A DNA stretch of 64,000 nucleotides from Anthoceros angustus (taxonomy: Eukaryota; Plantae; Anthocerotophyta), in assembly GCA_010909165.1 (NCBI GenBank), contig VJWM01000272.1:62001-126000 (forward strand), written 5' to 3'. Made by a program: the position numbers and the translations under genes. The notes beneath the pieces are model-generated. The model had not been told where the DNA came from, ran no database searches, and saw only the letters and a list, made by a program, of their open reading frames with translations. Position 1 is the stretch's first letter. Each line of letters opens with the position of its first letter. Of the stretch, positions 51,404-64,000 are shown in pieces.

Positions 51404-53760
51404 GTGGGCGTATCTGTCGCCTCTGCAGACGAGGCGGGAGTGGATGCCGGGGAGGGTCCTTCCGTGGAGCCGAATGGAGGCATGGAGGGGCTTCACGGGG
51501 GAGGGGAGTTGCACGCAACAGCCGTGGAAGGTGTTGCCGGTGAGGAGGAGGCAGCGGCAACAAATCCTCCTCATTCCGACATGCTGTCTCCAAGAGGTGG
51601 GCAGCTAACGGTGGAGCTTGTGGCATACGACGCAGACGCGACTTTGAAAGGGCCCTCCACGCTGAAGAGTACGAAATTGCCCGAGGTGCACGCCGCGGAC
51701 CTGTTGTGGAGGACGACGGAGGTCTTGCCGAGGACGCACCTCCGGATGGCGGAGGAGAATAGGGCTCTTCTAGAAGAGCTTATTTTTGGTGACCATGGAG
51801 GACTCCAAAGGAGCGGGCAGGAGGGTCTTTCTGAAGGGCAGCAAAGTGCGGCCTTTGGAGTTGATATTGCTTCAGGCCAGCAGGAGGAAGAGGAGGGAGG
51901 CCACGAAACACCTGCACATGGGTCAGAGAGGCACAGACTGGACGAGGACACCACCGGCACCGAGGATGGTGAAAGCGGGAGGGAGGCAGCGGGAGTGGAA
52001 ATGGCTGGTGAAGAGGTGGACGAGGACCTACCGACAACATTGACAGCAGGAGAGATAGGGGAGCTGACAGAAAAGTTGGCCGGTAAGCCACTTGACGACA
52101 TCATTGCCGTGTTGTGCAAGCTGCATGGTCGTGGGGGGGTTTACATGGCTGTGAGCCGGCTGTGATGGAGGGTGGGTGGAGAATGAAGATGAGGAGGAAG
52201 AGCCCATGGACGAGGAGGGACTGGTCCGAAGGCCTTCCAGCAGCTGTGAGTTGTGTGCGCCAAGATGCGCTTGATGGTACCATGGTCCAGCCACGACGAG
52301 ACTTTGAGGGATGATTGGTGAGGAAGGTAGAGTACGAGTTCCTAGTGTAGATCGCGAGGATATCGTGTCCAGTTTGGGCTTCATGGACAAGAAACCACAA
52401 CGTTGGCAAGAAGGTGCGACAGTGCTTATTTGGAGGAGAAGGAAAGATGCGAAATGGCTGCACCTCCGAACGCCGCACCAAGGCGTGGAGACGGGCCGTG
52501 GAGCAGCAAGCAGTAACGCACAAGCACGGTGGTGTGGCCAACCCCACAACAAGTACCGCAACTTCACTGACTTGTAAAAGGAGCATGGGACCAATCCATT
52601 TGGTCCCATGGGAGCAAAAGAGTTCGAGAGAAGGTATGTTCAGCGGTGGGGAAGGATAACAAGACAAGAGTTGAAATGGGCTGCGAAACATGGATTGGAG
52701 AGCATGCAGACTCACTGGAGTGGTATGGCGATAGATCGGGGCCTTGGTTGAATAGCTAGTGTGTGAAGATGCGATTGATGGTACCATGGTCCAGCCACGG
52801 CGAGACTTTGAGGGAGTTGGTGAGGAAGGTAGAGTACGAGTTCCCTAGTGTAGATCGCGAGGATATCGTGTCCGGGTTTGCGGGGCTTGGACAAGAAACC
52901 TAGCGTTGGCAAGAAGGTGCAGTGCGGTTATTTGGAGGAGAAGGGAAAGATGCGAAATGGCACCCTCCGACGTCGGCCAAGGCGTGGAGACGGGTGGAGC
53001 AAGCGGTGGTAACGTTGCACAAGCACGGTGGTGTGTGGCCAACCCCACAACAAGCGAACCCATTTCGACTTGCAAAGCACGAGCATGGGACCAATCCATT
53101 TGGTCCCATGGGAGCAAAAGAGTTCGAGAGAAGGTATGTTCAGCGGTGGGGAAGGATAACAAGACAAGAGTTGAAATGGGCTGCGAAACATGGATTGGAG
53201 AGCATGCGGGACTCCGGAGTGGTATGGCGATAGATCGGGGCCTTGGTTGAATAGCTAGTGTGTGAAGATGCGATTGATGGTACCATGGTCCAGCCACGGC
53301 GAGACTTTGAGGGAGTTGGTGAGGAAGGTAGAGTACGAGTTCCCTAGTGTAGATCGCGAGGATATCGTGTCCGGGTTTGCGGGGCTTGGACAAGAAAACC
53401 TAGCGTTGGCAAGAAGGTGCGACAGTGCTTATTTGGAGGAGAAGGGAAAGATGCGAAATGGCACCCTCCGACGTCGGCCAAGGCGTGGAGACGGGTGGAG
53501 CAAGCGGTGGTAACGTTGCACAAGCACGGTGGTGTGTGGCCAACCCCACAACAAGCGAACCCATTTCGACTTGCAAAGCACGAGCATGGGACCAATCCAT
53601 TTGGTCCCATGGGAGCAAAAGAGTTCGAGAGAAGGTATGTTCAGCGGTGGGGAAGGGCGCAGCGATGCAAGAGTTGAAATGGGCTGCGAAACATGGATTG
53701 GAGAGCATGCGGGACTCTTGGAGTGGTATGGCGATAGATCGGGGCCTTGGTTGAATAGCT
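51404..53760 (+). CDS. Second element ORF, possibly TnpA/Ptta-like; its 3' ~500 bp is triplicated (starts ~52261, 52766, 53264)
   Basis: An acidic 253-aa ORF is followed by KWHPPTSAKAWRRV...HGTNPFGPMGAKEFERRYVQRWGR...ELKWAAK, loosely like the Transposase_24 motif. Confidence 0.4.
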
Positions 53761-54841
53761 AGTGGTCAAAAAGTGCGCATGTAGGACATGAAGGCCGTGA
53801 ACAAGAATCGATGTGTGCATGGCTGCAGTCAAGGAGAAGGAAAATAATGTGCGTGAAGGGCACGAAAAGATGGAAGGAACCATAGCATGTCCCGAGGGGA
53901 AGGGAAGGAAGGTGGAACGAGGAGGGCATCACACCTGTGTGATGTCGGAGGCGGGGATGGTGTGGAAGGTGGAGGCGTGAGTGTGTTGCCACCCACAAGG
54001 CGAATCACAAGATCTGTCCAAAAGTGTGAGTTTGGTGGCAATGGCGGTGATGAATTGAATGCGATCATTTTGTAACATCGCACGGTGAATATGCAGCCTA
54101 TGGGGCCGGAGTGCAAGGCCGAACGGAGGTTAGTGGCTCGAATGCCGCCAAAGGGTCGACATGAGCGGGAGAAACGGGAGGTGCTAGGCCAAAGGGTCGT
54201 GCAAAAGACGACGGCTATTGAAGATGCAGAGGAGTCGACTCGGATGACGCCAAGAGTCAGAGGCCGATCGTGGTATGTGCAAGTCCATGTCCGCAATAAG
54301 CTCGGATTGAGTGCGGACGCTCGGATTTTGATGCCGCCTTTCTTGCGCTTGTGCAAAGCGGGAGCAAACGGCAAATGAAACACGCACCGTGCAAGCGCAT
54401 GCGAGGACATTCACAACCGCCATCGCGTAACGTGGCTGGTGGAGGGGAGGTCGACGAATAAAGAACTGCACACGCTTCGCTGGTAGTGCGCGAGGACGGG
54501 TGCCGGCCGCCACGAATGATGAAGGGAGATCGGCCTCATAGCACCGCCACACATGTGGAGCGGGCATTCCATAGTTCTCGTAGCGCTTACATTGTCCTTC
54601 GATATGTTTTAGCCGCTTGTGGAATGAACCCGAAAACTATGGCATATGTGCCGCAGTCAATGTTCGATTTGAAGCTAAGTTCAGATAGGGAAAACGCACA
54701 AATGGGGCGTTTGAAGAAACGTAATGCATGTGTCGATTTGGTAAATGTGATGAGGTATTTATTAATCTATGAGGTGTATACTTATAACTATGGCATGGTT
54801 AGATATCTATGAATTTGTACCTATACATAAAGAGTATGTAT

Positions 54842-54862
54842 TATATATATATATATATATAT
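54842..54862. repeat. (TA)n microsatellite (mirrored at ~59251-59274)
   Basis: Directly visible. Confidence 0.9.
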
Positions 54863-57800
54863 ACGTTTTGACCATGTATGTAGGATTATATAATACATCG
54901 CGCCAACCGTATATATAATGGACATATAAATAATGTAGAATCCTACTCATATAATTAGGCAATAAGGGTTTGAGCTGTATATGGGGCTTGAAAAGAAAAC
55001 CGTGTGGACATAGGGTGCATTGAAGAGGGAAGATGGAAAGAGAATGATACCTGTGGGGAGAGAGATAGAGTTACCGTAATTGCTATGTAAAAGCAAGAAG
55101 GCAAGAATAAAATACCGGGAGAGGGGAGCTCATTGTCACAATCATATGGCAACACAAAGAGGGAAACAATAAAGAAATGGGTGTCATCCCGAGCATTAAC
55201 TAGGAGTGAGGTGAAAGGTGAGACCAAGTTGTTAAGATGGTAAGAGAAAGTGGAAAACAAAATCACAAACTTAACACCAAACCAACAAACTTGATGACAA
55301 GCTCTTAATGGCGAGGTGTAAGGTCAAGAGACCACTTGCATGTTGTTAAGATGGTGAGAGAAGGTGGAGGAAAATCACAAACTTAACACCAAGCCACCTA
55401 ACTTTTGGGTGTACCACATGGAAAGTGTTACATGAAATTGTAACAAAGGACTATAACATAACCAAGTTTTCATTGTATATGTTTGAAATCATAAACAATG
55501 CTAGCAAAAGGGATGTTGTACTTAGGAGGGTGAGGTGATGAGAGAGAGAGCCAGTTCATGTTAAGATGGTGACAAGATGAGAAGGAATAGTGTCAATCTT
55601 AATACCAAGCCTAAATAGCATGTTGCAATTTGGAAGTGTTACATGAAATTGCAATAACGATCGTAACATAGGCTGCCTTTCTAGTAGGGACTCTACAAGT
55701 CCGCATACGTGAGCTTATCAAGACAAAGCTATTCGAACTTCAACATCTACCGTGGAAGGTAATGTGGTTGAAGATAACAGGATGCAATTCACCAAGTTCC
55801 TGTAGGGAGATGCATTGAGGAAAATGATGATTCTGGACGAAAATCCTTAAATAAGGGTGGTGTAGTTCTAATGCGCTACCGGATGAGAGACATCCGATTT
55901 CTGGGCAATCGCAACAAGAACCCGCTGCAGAGGCAACTAACCGGACGGCTATTGGTGCTTTTGAAGGCATGTTTGATGATGATCCGCACAAGGTCACTGG
56001 TCAAGGAGACTAAACAATCAGAGACATAGAAAGGTGATAGGGTATTGTTCATAGCTTTAGGGCATAGATGGTAGATAGATGAGTTCATGTGGACGTCCGC
56101 CGACCGATTTGTAACTTATGTCACGTCTGGCTTCCGCCACATCCAAGACCTCCAAAAAGACATGTTTCCTCACCGAATGACGACGATATCGACTGTTGGC
56201 TTTTGTACAAGACAAGTTTTCATGACAATTGCTTAGTCGCCAAGCACTTACGCCGCCGCCTAGCCCTTACTTGGTATACAAAACATAGAACCACACAAAT
56301 TGCGTAAACCACCGACATGCCGAAATTATGGAAGAATACGGCCAGCCCCTTCCATCACACCGACAGCATCCATGCACACACATGGCGCCACCGCCAAATG
56401 ACCGGATGAAGTGGTCCCGAGCCGAAATGCCCGAACTGGATGAACACCCAAAAACTCAACCTAACTTTCGGAATAGGGTTGGATTTTTTCCAAAACCCTT
56501 TGGTGAGAAACCCCTTTCGTAATGTATCGTTAAGAACCTTATAAAGATTGAACTTCCATGACATGGTCATCTGACTCCATCCCGACGCCGCAATAAGAAG
56601 CTCATCTCGTAAATATCTTACCCGCTCAATAAAAGACATTTTCTTCCGCTTGTCGACATTGTGTTATGGTTGCAAGAACTCTCATCTCACCGTAAGCCCA
56701 TGATATGCGCTCAACATATTGAAAACGGACTTTGAGCAATATCTCGCCAAGTGCTATAGCAAGATATGTGTGGTTCCCCAAGTACACCCATAATATATTT
56801 TGGCCGCCAATCTAATATATCGTTGCCCTCTGTCAATCATACCAAGAATGGCAGAACCCCTTCTTCAATCCTTCCTTCAAATAACTCCTGCCAGGTAGTT
56901 TGACCATGTGAACGCAAAAGTTTGGGCAACCAGCCCAAAAGAGCCCAAGACGAACAAGTTTGATTTTTTGGCTAGGAACGATTGAAGAGGAGCATGCCAG
57001 AAATTTTCCGAGAATCTTGAAGCCGGAGTTGTAGGATATTGTTAGGAAGGCGAAGAGGATATCCGAGGAAGAAGAACGGGTCAAACGACCCCGTGCAAGG
57101 CGTAATGGCAGTCCGGCGGGCGGTAGTCAGCATCACCGTCAGATCGCCACACTACGCCGGTAGGTCGAGAGGAAGGGCATACCGGTAGGTCGAAGATCTC
57201 GGACAAAAAGGGAAATTAGGATAGGGAGATATCCACTATATATGCCCACCAATAGTGGACTAGATAAATGGGTAATAGGAAATTAAAAGCTAGATTGGGC
57301 CGTTAGGAAACTAGGGGAAATAGTATCTTAGTATAAGAGGAATTGGGAAACTCCAATCAATCAGAAAAGGTGCCACGTGGTGCATATCCAAGGGCGTAGA
57401 AGATTGGTAGTTACCATACCTAACCCCAAGTTATCTTTATAATCAGCATGTGTGTGTGTAGGAGGTCACAACTTGAAGGTGAGGAAGCGCCAACACCGCA
57501 GAAGGCGCCACACCAAGAGTCAGAAGAGCCCCACACAAGATTCAATGTAATGCTACCTGCAGTGGATAGAGAAGAGGGGCAAGCTAGGCAGAAGAGGAAA
57601 ATAGGCAAGACAAGTAGGGTGCAACAAGAGAAGAAGAAGGAAGGAAAGGGCCGGGTGGAAGGAAGAAGGCAATGCTTGCCCAAGACCAAAGGAGTGTTAA
57701 GAGCAAGGCATGTCAAAATTGAAGAGAAATTATGGAGAAGGGACTCTCAACTTGCTAGAGAAGATGTAAGAACTGGAACCTTAGAGAATTCCTTCTTCCA

Positions 57801-58427
57801 AATCACAAAGAATTGGAAACTCGAAAAGCAAGGGTATAAGAGCTAGGGGAATTGTGAGCAAGGTCAAGGCCAGGGTGTGTGTGTGTGGAAATTGCAAGGA
57901 GTCGGAAGGTTCTTGGCATCCATTCGAGATTGTCCATCTCGTGCCAAGCATGGAAAGACCATTGCCTTTTATGTTGAAGAAGACACTGAGGACAAGCATC
58001 ACAAGCGCCGCAAAGATCAAGGCTGGAGGACTCCAAGGAAGAGGAGGAAGTAGAACCCGAGGGGTTAGGAGGAGGAAACCTCCATGAGCGAGCCCCAGAG
58101 GAGCTCAAGAGATGCAGCCGGATAGGGCCAAATGGTGTATAGGAGACGCCACCATGGTAGGTGCACCCCACCGTGATAGGAACAACACGACAAGTGAGTG
58201 GGTACCCACTATAGCCGGGTACCCAAAAGACCGTAGTAGGCAGCCCACGCGTAGGTAGGCAACCCACGGCAGAAGAAGGGAATTGGAGAGTGCCCAGCAT
58301 GTTGCAGCTTGGGTGAAGGCCAAGGCGTAAGGATGAAGAAGACAGAGAAGAGAGTGAGTTATGGCAATCAATGCTAGTCATTTGCAAGAGGAGGCATGGT
58401 GTCAAGCATGGAAGTACTTGCAAGGAG

Positions 58428-61400
58428 TACTAGAAAAGGCAGCCTATGTTACGTTATTGCAATTTCATGTAACACTTCCAAATTGCAACATGCTATTTAG
58501 GCTTGGTATTAAGATTGACACTTTCTCATGCCGTCACCATCTTAACATGAACCCGGCTCTCTCTCATCACCTCACCCTCCTAAGTACAACATCCTCTCGC
58601 TAGCATTGTTTATGATTTCAAACATATACAATGAAAACTTGCTTATGTTATAGTCCTTTGTTACAATTTCATGTAACACTTTCCATGTGGTACACCCAAA
58701 AGTTAGGTGGCTTGGTGTTAAGTTTGTGATTCTCCTCCACCTTCTCTCACCATCTTAACAACATGCAAGTGGTCTCTTGACCTTACACCTCGCCATTAAG
58801 AGCTTATCATCAAGTTTGTTGGTTTGGTGTTAAGTTTGTGATTTTGTTTTCCACTTTCTCTTACCATCTTAACAACATGCTCTTGGTCTCACCTTTCACC
58901 TCACACTCTAGTTAATGCCCGATGACACCCATTTCTTTATTGTTTTCCCTCTTGTGTTGCCATATGATTGTGACAATGAGCTCCCTCTCCCACCAGATTT
59001 TATTCTTGCCTTCTTGCTTTTCCTACATAGCAATTACCAAGAACTCTATCTCTCCTCGTAGGTATCATTCTCTTTCCATCTTCCCTCTTCAATGCACCCT
59101 ATGTCCACACCGGTTTTCTTTTCAAGCCCCATATACACAATCAAACCCTTATATGCCTAATTATGTATAGTAGGATTCTACATTATTTATATGTCCATTT
59201 ATATACGGTTGGCCGATGTATTGTATAATCCTACATACATGATGAACACGTATATATATATATATATATATATATGAATACATTTTATGTATAGGTACAA
59301 ATTCATAGATATCTAACCATGCCATAGTTATAAGTATACACCTCATAGATTAATAAATACCTCATCACATTTACCACCAAATGCCACACATGCGCATTAC
59401 GCTTTCTTCAAACGCCCCATTTGTGCGTTTTCCCTCTAGACTTCCGCTTCAATACGAACATGCGTTTGCGACATATGCCATAGTTTTCGGGTTCATTCCA
59501 CAACCGCTAAAACATATCGAAGGACAATGTAAACGCTACAGAACTATGGAATGCCCGCCCTACATGTGGCGAGGCCGATCTCCTTCATCTGCTCGCGATC
59601 GATCAGACCCGTCCTCGACGACTACCAATCAAGCGTGCAGTGTGTCATCGTCAAGCACTCCCCTCCACCAGCCATTACGCGATGGCGGTTTGTGAATGCC
59701 GCATGCCGCCCGTGTTTCATTTGCCGCTTGCTCCCCGCTTTGCACAACCGCAAAGGAACTGCATCAAAATCCACGAGCCCACAAAGACAAATCAATCCAG
59801 CTTATTGCCGACATGGACTTGCACATACCACATGGTCGGCACAGCCTCTTCGGCGTCATCCGAGTCCGACTCCTGCATCTTCAATAGCGCCGCCTTTGCG
59901 ACCTTTTGGCCTAGCACCTCCGCCTGCTTTCTCCCGCTCATGTCGACCCTTTGACCGGCATTCGAGCCACTAACCTCCACGCTGTGCCTTGCCCCGGCCC
60001 CATAGGCTGCATATTCACCGTGCAGAAGTTACACTAGGCAAAATGATCGCATTCAATTCATCCCCGCCATTGCCACCAAACTCACACTTTTGGAGACAGA
60101 TCTTGTGATTCGCCTTGTGGGTGGCAACACACTCACGCTCCACCTTCCACACCATCCCCACCGCCTCCGACATCACCCGAGTGTGATGCCCTCCTCCACC
60201 TTCCCTTCCCTTCCCCTGACATGCTATGGTTCCTTCCATCTTTCGCCCTTCACCGCACATTATTTTCCTTCTCCTTCGACTGCAGCCATGCACACATCGC
60301 CATCGCTCCCTTCATGTCCTACATGCGCACTTTTTGACCACGCCTAGCTATTCAACCAAGGCCCCGATCTATCGCCATACCACTCCAGAGTCCCGCATGC
60401 TCCAATCCATGTTTCGCAGCCCATTTCAACTCTTGTACTTGCGCCCTTCCCCACCGCTGAACATACCTTCTCTCGAACTCTTGTTCTCCCATGGGACCAA
60501 ATGGATTGGTCCCATGCTCGTGCTTTGCAAGTCGAAATGGGTTGCCGCTTGTGGTTGGCCACACACCACCGTGCTTGTGCAACGCTACCACCTGCTCCAC
60601 AGCTCCACGCCTTGGCCGACGTCGAGGGTGTGCCATTTCGCATCTTTCCCTTCTCCTCCAAATAACCGCACTGTCGACCTTCTTGCCAACGCGTGGTTTC
60701 TTGTCCGAAGCCCTCGCAAACTGGACACGATATCCTCGCGATCTACACTAGGGAACTCGTACTCTACCTTCCTCACCAACTGTCTCAAAGTCTCGTGCAT
60801 CGGACCATGGTACCATCAATCGCCACAAGACACTAGCTCCAACACGCCGAAGGCCTTCCGCCTCCTCCTCCCATGGGCTCTTCCTCCTCATCTTCATTCT
60901 CCACCCACCCTCCATCACACAGCTCATGCCATGTAAACCCCCACGACCATGCTTTGCACAACACGGCAATGATGTCCAAGTGGCTTACCGCCAACTTTTC
61001 TCGGCTCCCTATCTCTCCCGGCCAATGTTGTGTAGGTCCTCGCCCACCTCACCAGCCCATTTCCACTCCCGCCGCCTCCCTCTTTCACCATCCTCCGAGC
61101 CGGTGGTGTCCTCGCCCTCAGGCTCTCTCTCTCGACCCATGCGGTGTTTCGGCCTCCTCCTCTTCCTCCCGCCGCTGAAGCAATATCAACTCCAAAGGCC
61201 GCACTTTGCTGCCCTTCGAAAGACCTCCCGCCCGCCTCCTTGAGTCTTCCATGGTCACCAAAAATAAGCTCTTCTAGAAGAGCCCTATTCTCCCTCCCGC
61301 CATCCAGAGGTGCGGCCCCTCAAGACCTCCGCCGTCCTCCACATGCCCACACGGGCCCGCTGGCTCGCACCTCGCAATTTCTGCATTCTTCAACGGCGTG

Positions 61401-64000
61401 GAGGGCCCTTTCAAAGTCCGCTCGCGCCGCAGTCGCCCCTCGCACCCACAAGCTCCACCGTTAGCTGCCCACCTCTTGGACACGCCTGGAATGAGGAGGA
61501 TTTGTTGCCGCCTCCTCCTCATCCAACACCTTCCACCTGCGCAACCCTCCCCGCTCCCTCCATGCCTCCATTCGGCTCCACGGAAGGACCCTCCCGCATC
61601 CACTCCCGCCGTCTGCAGAGGCGGCAGACACGCCCACATCGCTTGCCTGCCTCGGCTTTGGCACCCGTCCCCGAGGTTGTCCAATTCCACTTGACCATGC
61701 AAAACGGCCGCCGCGCCCTCTCCATTTTCCAAACCTTCACCGCCTCTCCGATCGGGCGCAGCGTGGGGCCCTCCGTCCCTGCTTTCTCCGTCAACCACCG
61801 GCATCGCCATCCAAGTCACGGTTATGCGGTTGTAGGCTTAAACGAATGAAATCTTCAAGTCCACGTCCCAAACCATAGCCGAACCACAACCGCGACGCCT
61901 AGATGACTAACCGCGACAAGCCGGAGTGCAACTGCCAAGTGACGATATGGGTTTTCCGAAGGTGGTAACCTTGTGGTGACGGAGGGAGGGAGGGGCGAAC
62001 GGGACATGCCACTGGCTCCTTGCCACGATGCCATGTTTCGCCAAGACGCACTCCACCTGCCTCCGAATACCCATGTGTCCGCTATGGCATGCCCCCATGC
62101 CGCCTTTTGGCGCGGACACCGTCACCTCTTTGAACGAAGCTCCATGTCCCCATGCTTCATATATAGCCACGTGACCCAAGGACAATTGGTAACAAAGCTC
62201 GATGCCCATGTGCCAAGGATGTTGTATGGTCATTCATGCCGCCATGGCCCGCTCAACATGCAATGCCACCGACGAACATCACGTCCGAATCGGTGGTTTT
62301 ACCATGTCATGTCATAATGCGCGCCATGCCGACGCGTGACGCCGACTGCTGCGGCGACAGTCACCAGCTCGCCATGTCCCCTGCTTCGCATATATAGCCC
62401 GGCAGATTAACGCCTTCTGCAAGACATCGCATGCCGGATGCCCATGGGTGAATGGTGTTGCCGTGCTCGTGTCGCACCTGATGCGCCCGGCGACACCGCC
62501 TTTTGTTCGGTTGGCATGTCATATACATGGCGGCGATTTGTCTGACTGTGATGGTTTTGGCAAAGCGGATGCCCATGGGCCATGGATGTGTTGTATGAGT
62601 TGGACCATGGTCATGGTACCCATAGTACTGCTTTCGAGATCTTTGTAAGGTGACATGTCCCCATACTGCATATATAGGCGGGCGATTTGTACACCCAAGT
62701 GGCAACTTAAGCGATGCCCATGGGCCATGGATGTTGTTGGTTTGTGAGTTGAAAAGACCATGGTCCAAGGATGGTTACCGCATATGTGGTCAAAGTGTTG
62801 ACTACTTATTCGAGATCCAAGGAGCATTGTTCGCAATGCAATCGAATGACCATGTTCCAAGGATGGTTATGACATGTGGTAACAGCGTTGACTACTTATT
62901 CGAGATCCAAGGACCATTGTTCGCAATGCACCTAATGCCCATGGTCCAAGGATGGTTAATGCATATGTGATCGAGTTACTTTGAGTACCAAGGACCATTG
63001 TTCGCAATGCAATCGAATGACCATGGTCCAAGGATGGTTAATGCATATGTGTTCAATGTTGAGCATCTTTCGATGCCAAGGACCATTGTTCGAATGCAAT
63101 CCAAATGACCATGGTCCAAGGATGGTTAATGCCATCAGTTGAATACTTTTCGACAGCCAAGGACCATTGTTCGCAATGCAATCGAAATGACCATGGTCCA
63201 AGGATGGTTAATGCATATGTGGTCGAACAGTGTTGAATACTTTTTCGACAGCCAAGGACCATTGTTCGCAATGCAATCGGAATGACCATGGTCCAAGTAG
63301 TTATTTCACCCCGTCAACCTTGTGGTGACGGGTGGAGGAGGGAAAGAGTGGGAGAGATCATCCAGCCACCTACATTCGTGTTTCCGCCTTTGCGGGCGGA
63401 CATTATAACCACAATGGCAATAAACATCGCCCATCTGCCTATTATGATCCTTGCAAGTACATGGCCCGCATACATATGCCATGACAAAAGGACAAGTGGT
63501 AGGTCGAACCCTATGATGTATCCTACTGAAACCCACTTGACTTGGTTGCCTTCATCAAAGTGAAGATACCGCTAATGTCCACACCGTGCGCGCCATTGCC
63601 AAGTGATGGTGACGGTAGCATTTGTGCCATGTCCCCGTGATGTAAGGAAGACCGTGATCATCATTTCGCACACGCATGGCACTTGTCGACCTCGCCTCTT
63701 TGACCAGCCTAAGAGAGATGCCCGAACCACCAGATATCTGAATAAGATCCTGATCGCCATCCATCGCGTGCGAGCGTAATGTCTGTCGAGCACCGCCAGT
63801 CGCTCACCGACCATCAACTAGGAGACATGGGGAGGATGACACATGGCTGAAATTGTGAAAATCGCAAATGACGACAACCCTCACGCCACGGAAGACGGAC
63901 GTGGCCTTTTTTCATATCACGCAGAGAATCGCATTGGAATCCGCCACTCTATGCCCGCACTAACCGACCGCCATCCTCATTGCAACTTGCAATAGTGGTC
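58428..64000 (-). mobile_element. Inverted, diverged second copy of the right part of the CACTA-type element (matches 48998-55686)
   Basis: Starts TACTAGAAAAGGCAGCCTATGTTAC. The window end is the reverse complement of gaccactattgcaagttgcaatgagg at 48998. It has one copy of the 500-bp unit that is triplicated in the first element. Confidence 0.9.

Larger units (their letters stand above)
36617..55689. mobile_element. En/Spm (CACTA/CMC)-type DNA transposon, ~19 kb, with CCCTA termini and a 3-bp TSD
   Basis: Left end CCCTACTAGAAAAGGCAGCCTATGTTAC at 36617. Right end GTAACATAGGCTGCCTTTCTAGTAGGG ends at 55689. ACT flanks both sides (36614-36616 and 55690-55692). Subterminal TGTAACACTT/AAGTGTTACA repeats are present at both ends. 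Confidence 0.9.

Noticed and set aside
57300-58427. Promoter or LTR call from CCAAT and a G-box at ~57353-57380
   Set aside because: Only short motifs are present, with no paired LTR, PBS or downstream gene to support the call.

Overview
Eukaryotic DNA from a land plant, inferred to be a bryophyte-like non-seed plant. The basis is PLS-class PPR genes, TORNADO1-like Roco genes, short GT-AG introns and a 5S fragment resembling bryophyte 5S. The sequence is error-rich, with frequent single-base indels and many near-identical tandem copies joined at short microhomologies, so ORF boundaries and copy numbers are unreliable. From left to right the window contains: a scrambled retroelement-like region (1-4.1 kb); four tandem copies of a COR-tail plus caspase-like exon (4.1-9.8 kb); a degenerate PPR gene; a large LRR-Roc-COR (TORNADO1-like) gene (13.2-22.7 kb) whose last exon runs into the start of the same caspase domain; a 5S-derived fragment inside an inverted repeat; a PLS-E+ PPR gene; an intact hydroxyphenylpyruvate/glyoxylate reductase; and the 3' end of a lipoxygenase. 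The lipoxygenase is broken by a Sola-like DDE transposon, which is itself interrupted by a 19-kb En/Spm (CACTA-type) element with CCCTA termini and an ACT target-site duplication. An inverted second copy of that element runs off the end of the window. The main finding is a plant LRR-Roc-COR-caspase architecture. Its protease looks like an animal-type caspase rather than a metacaspase, with the His-Gly and Cys-Arg-Gly motifs, p20 and p10 regions, and both Asp-pocket arginines.
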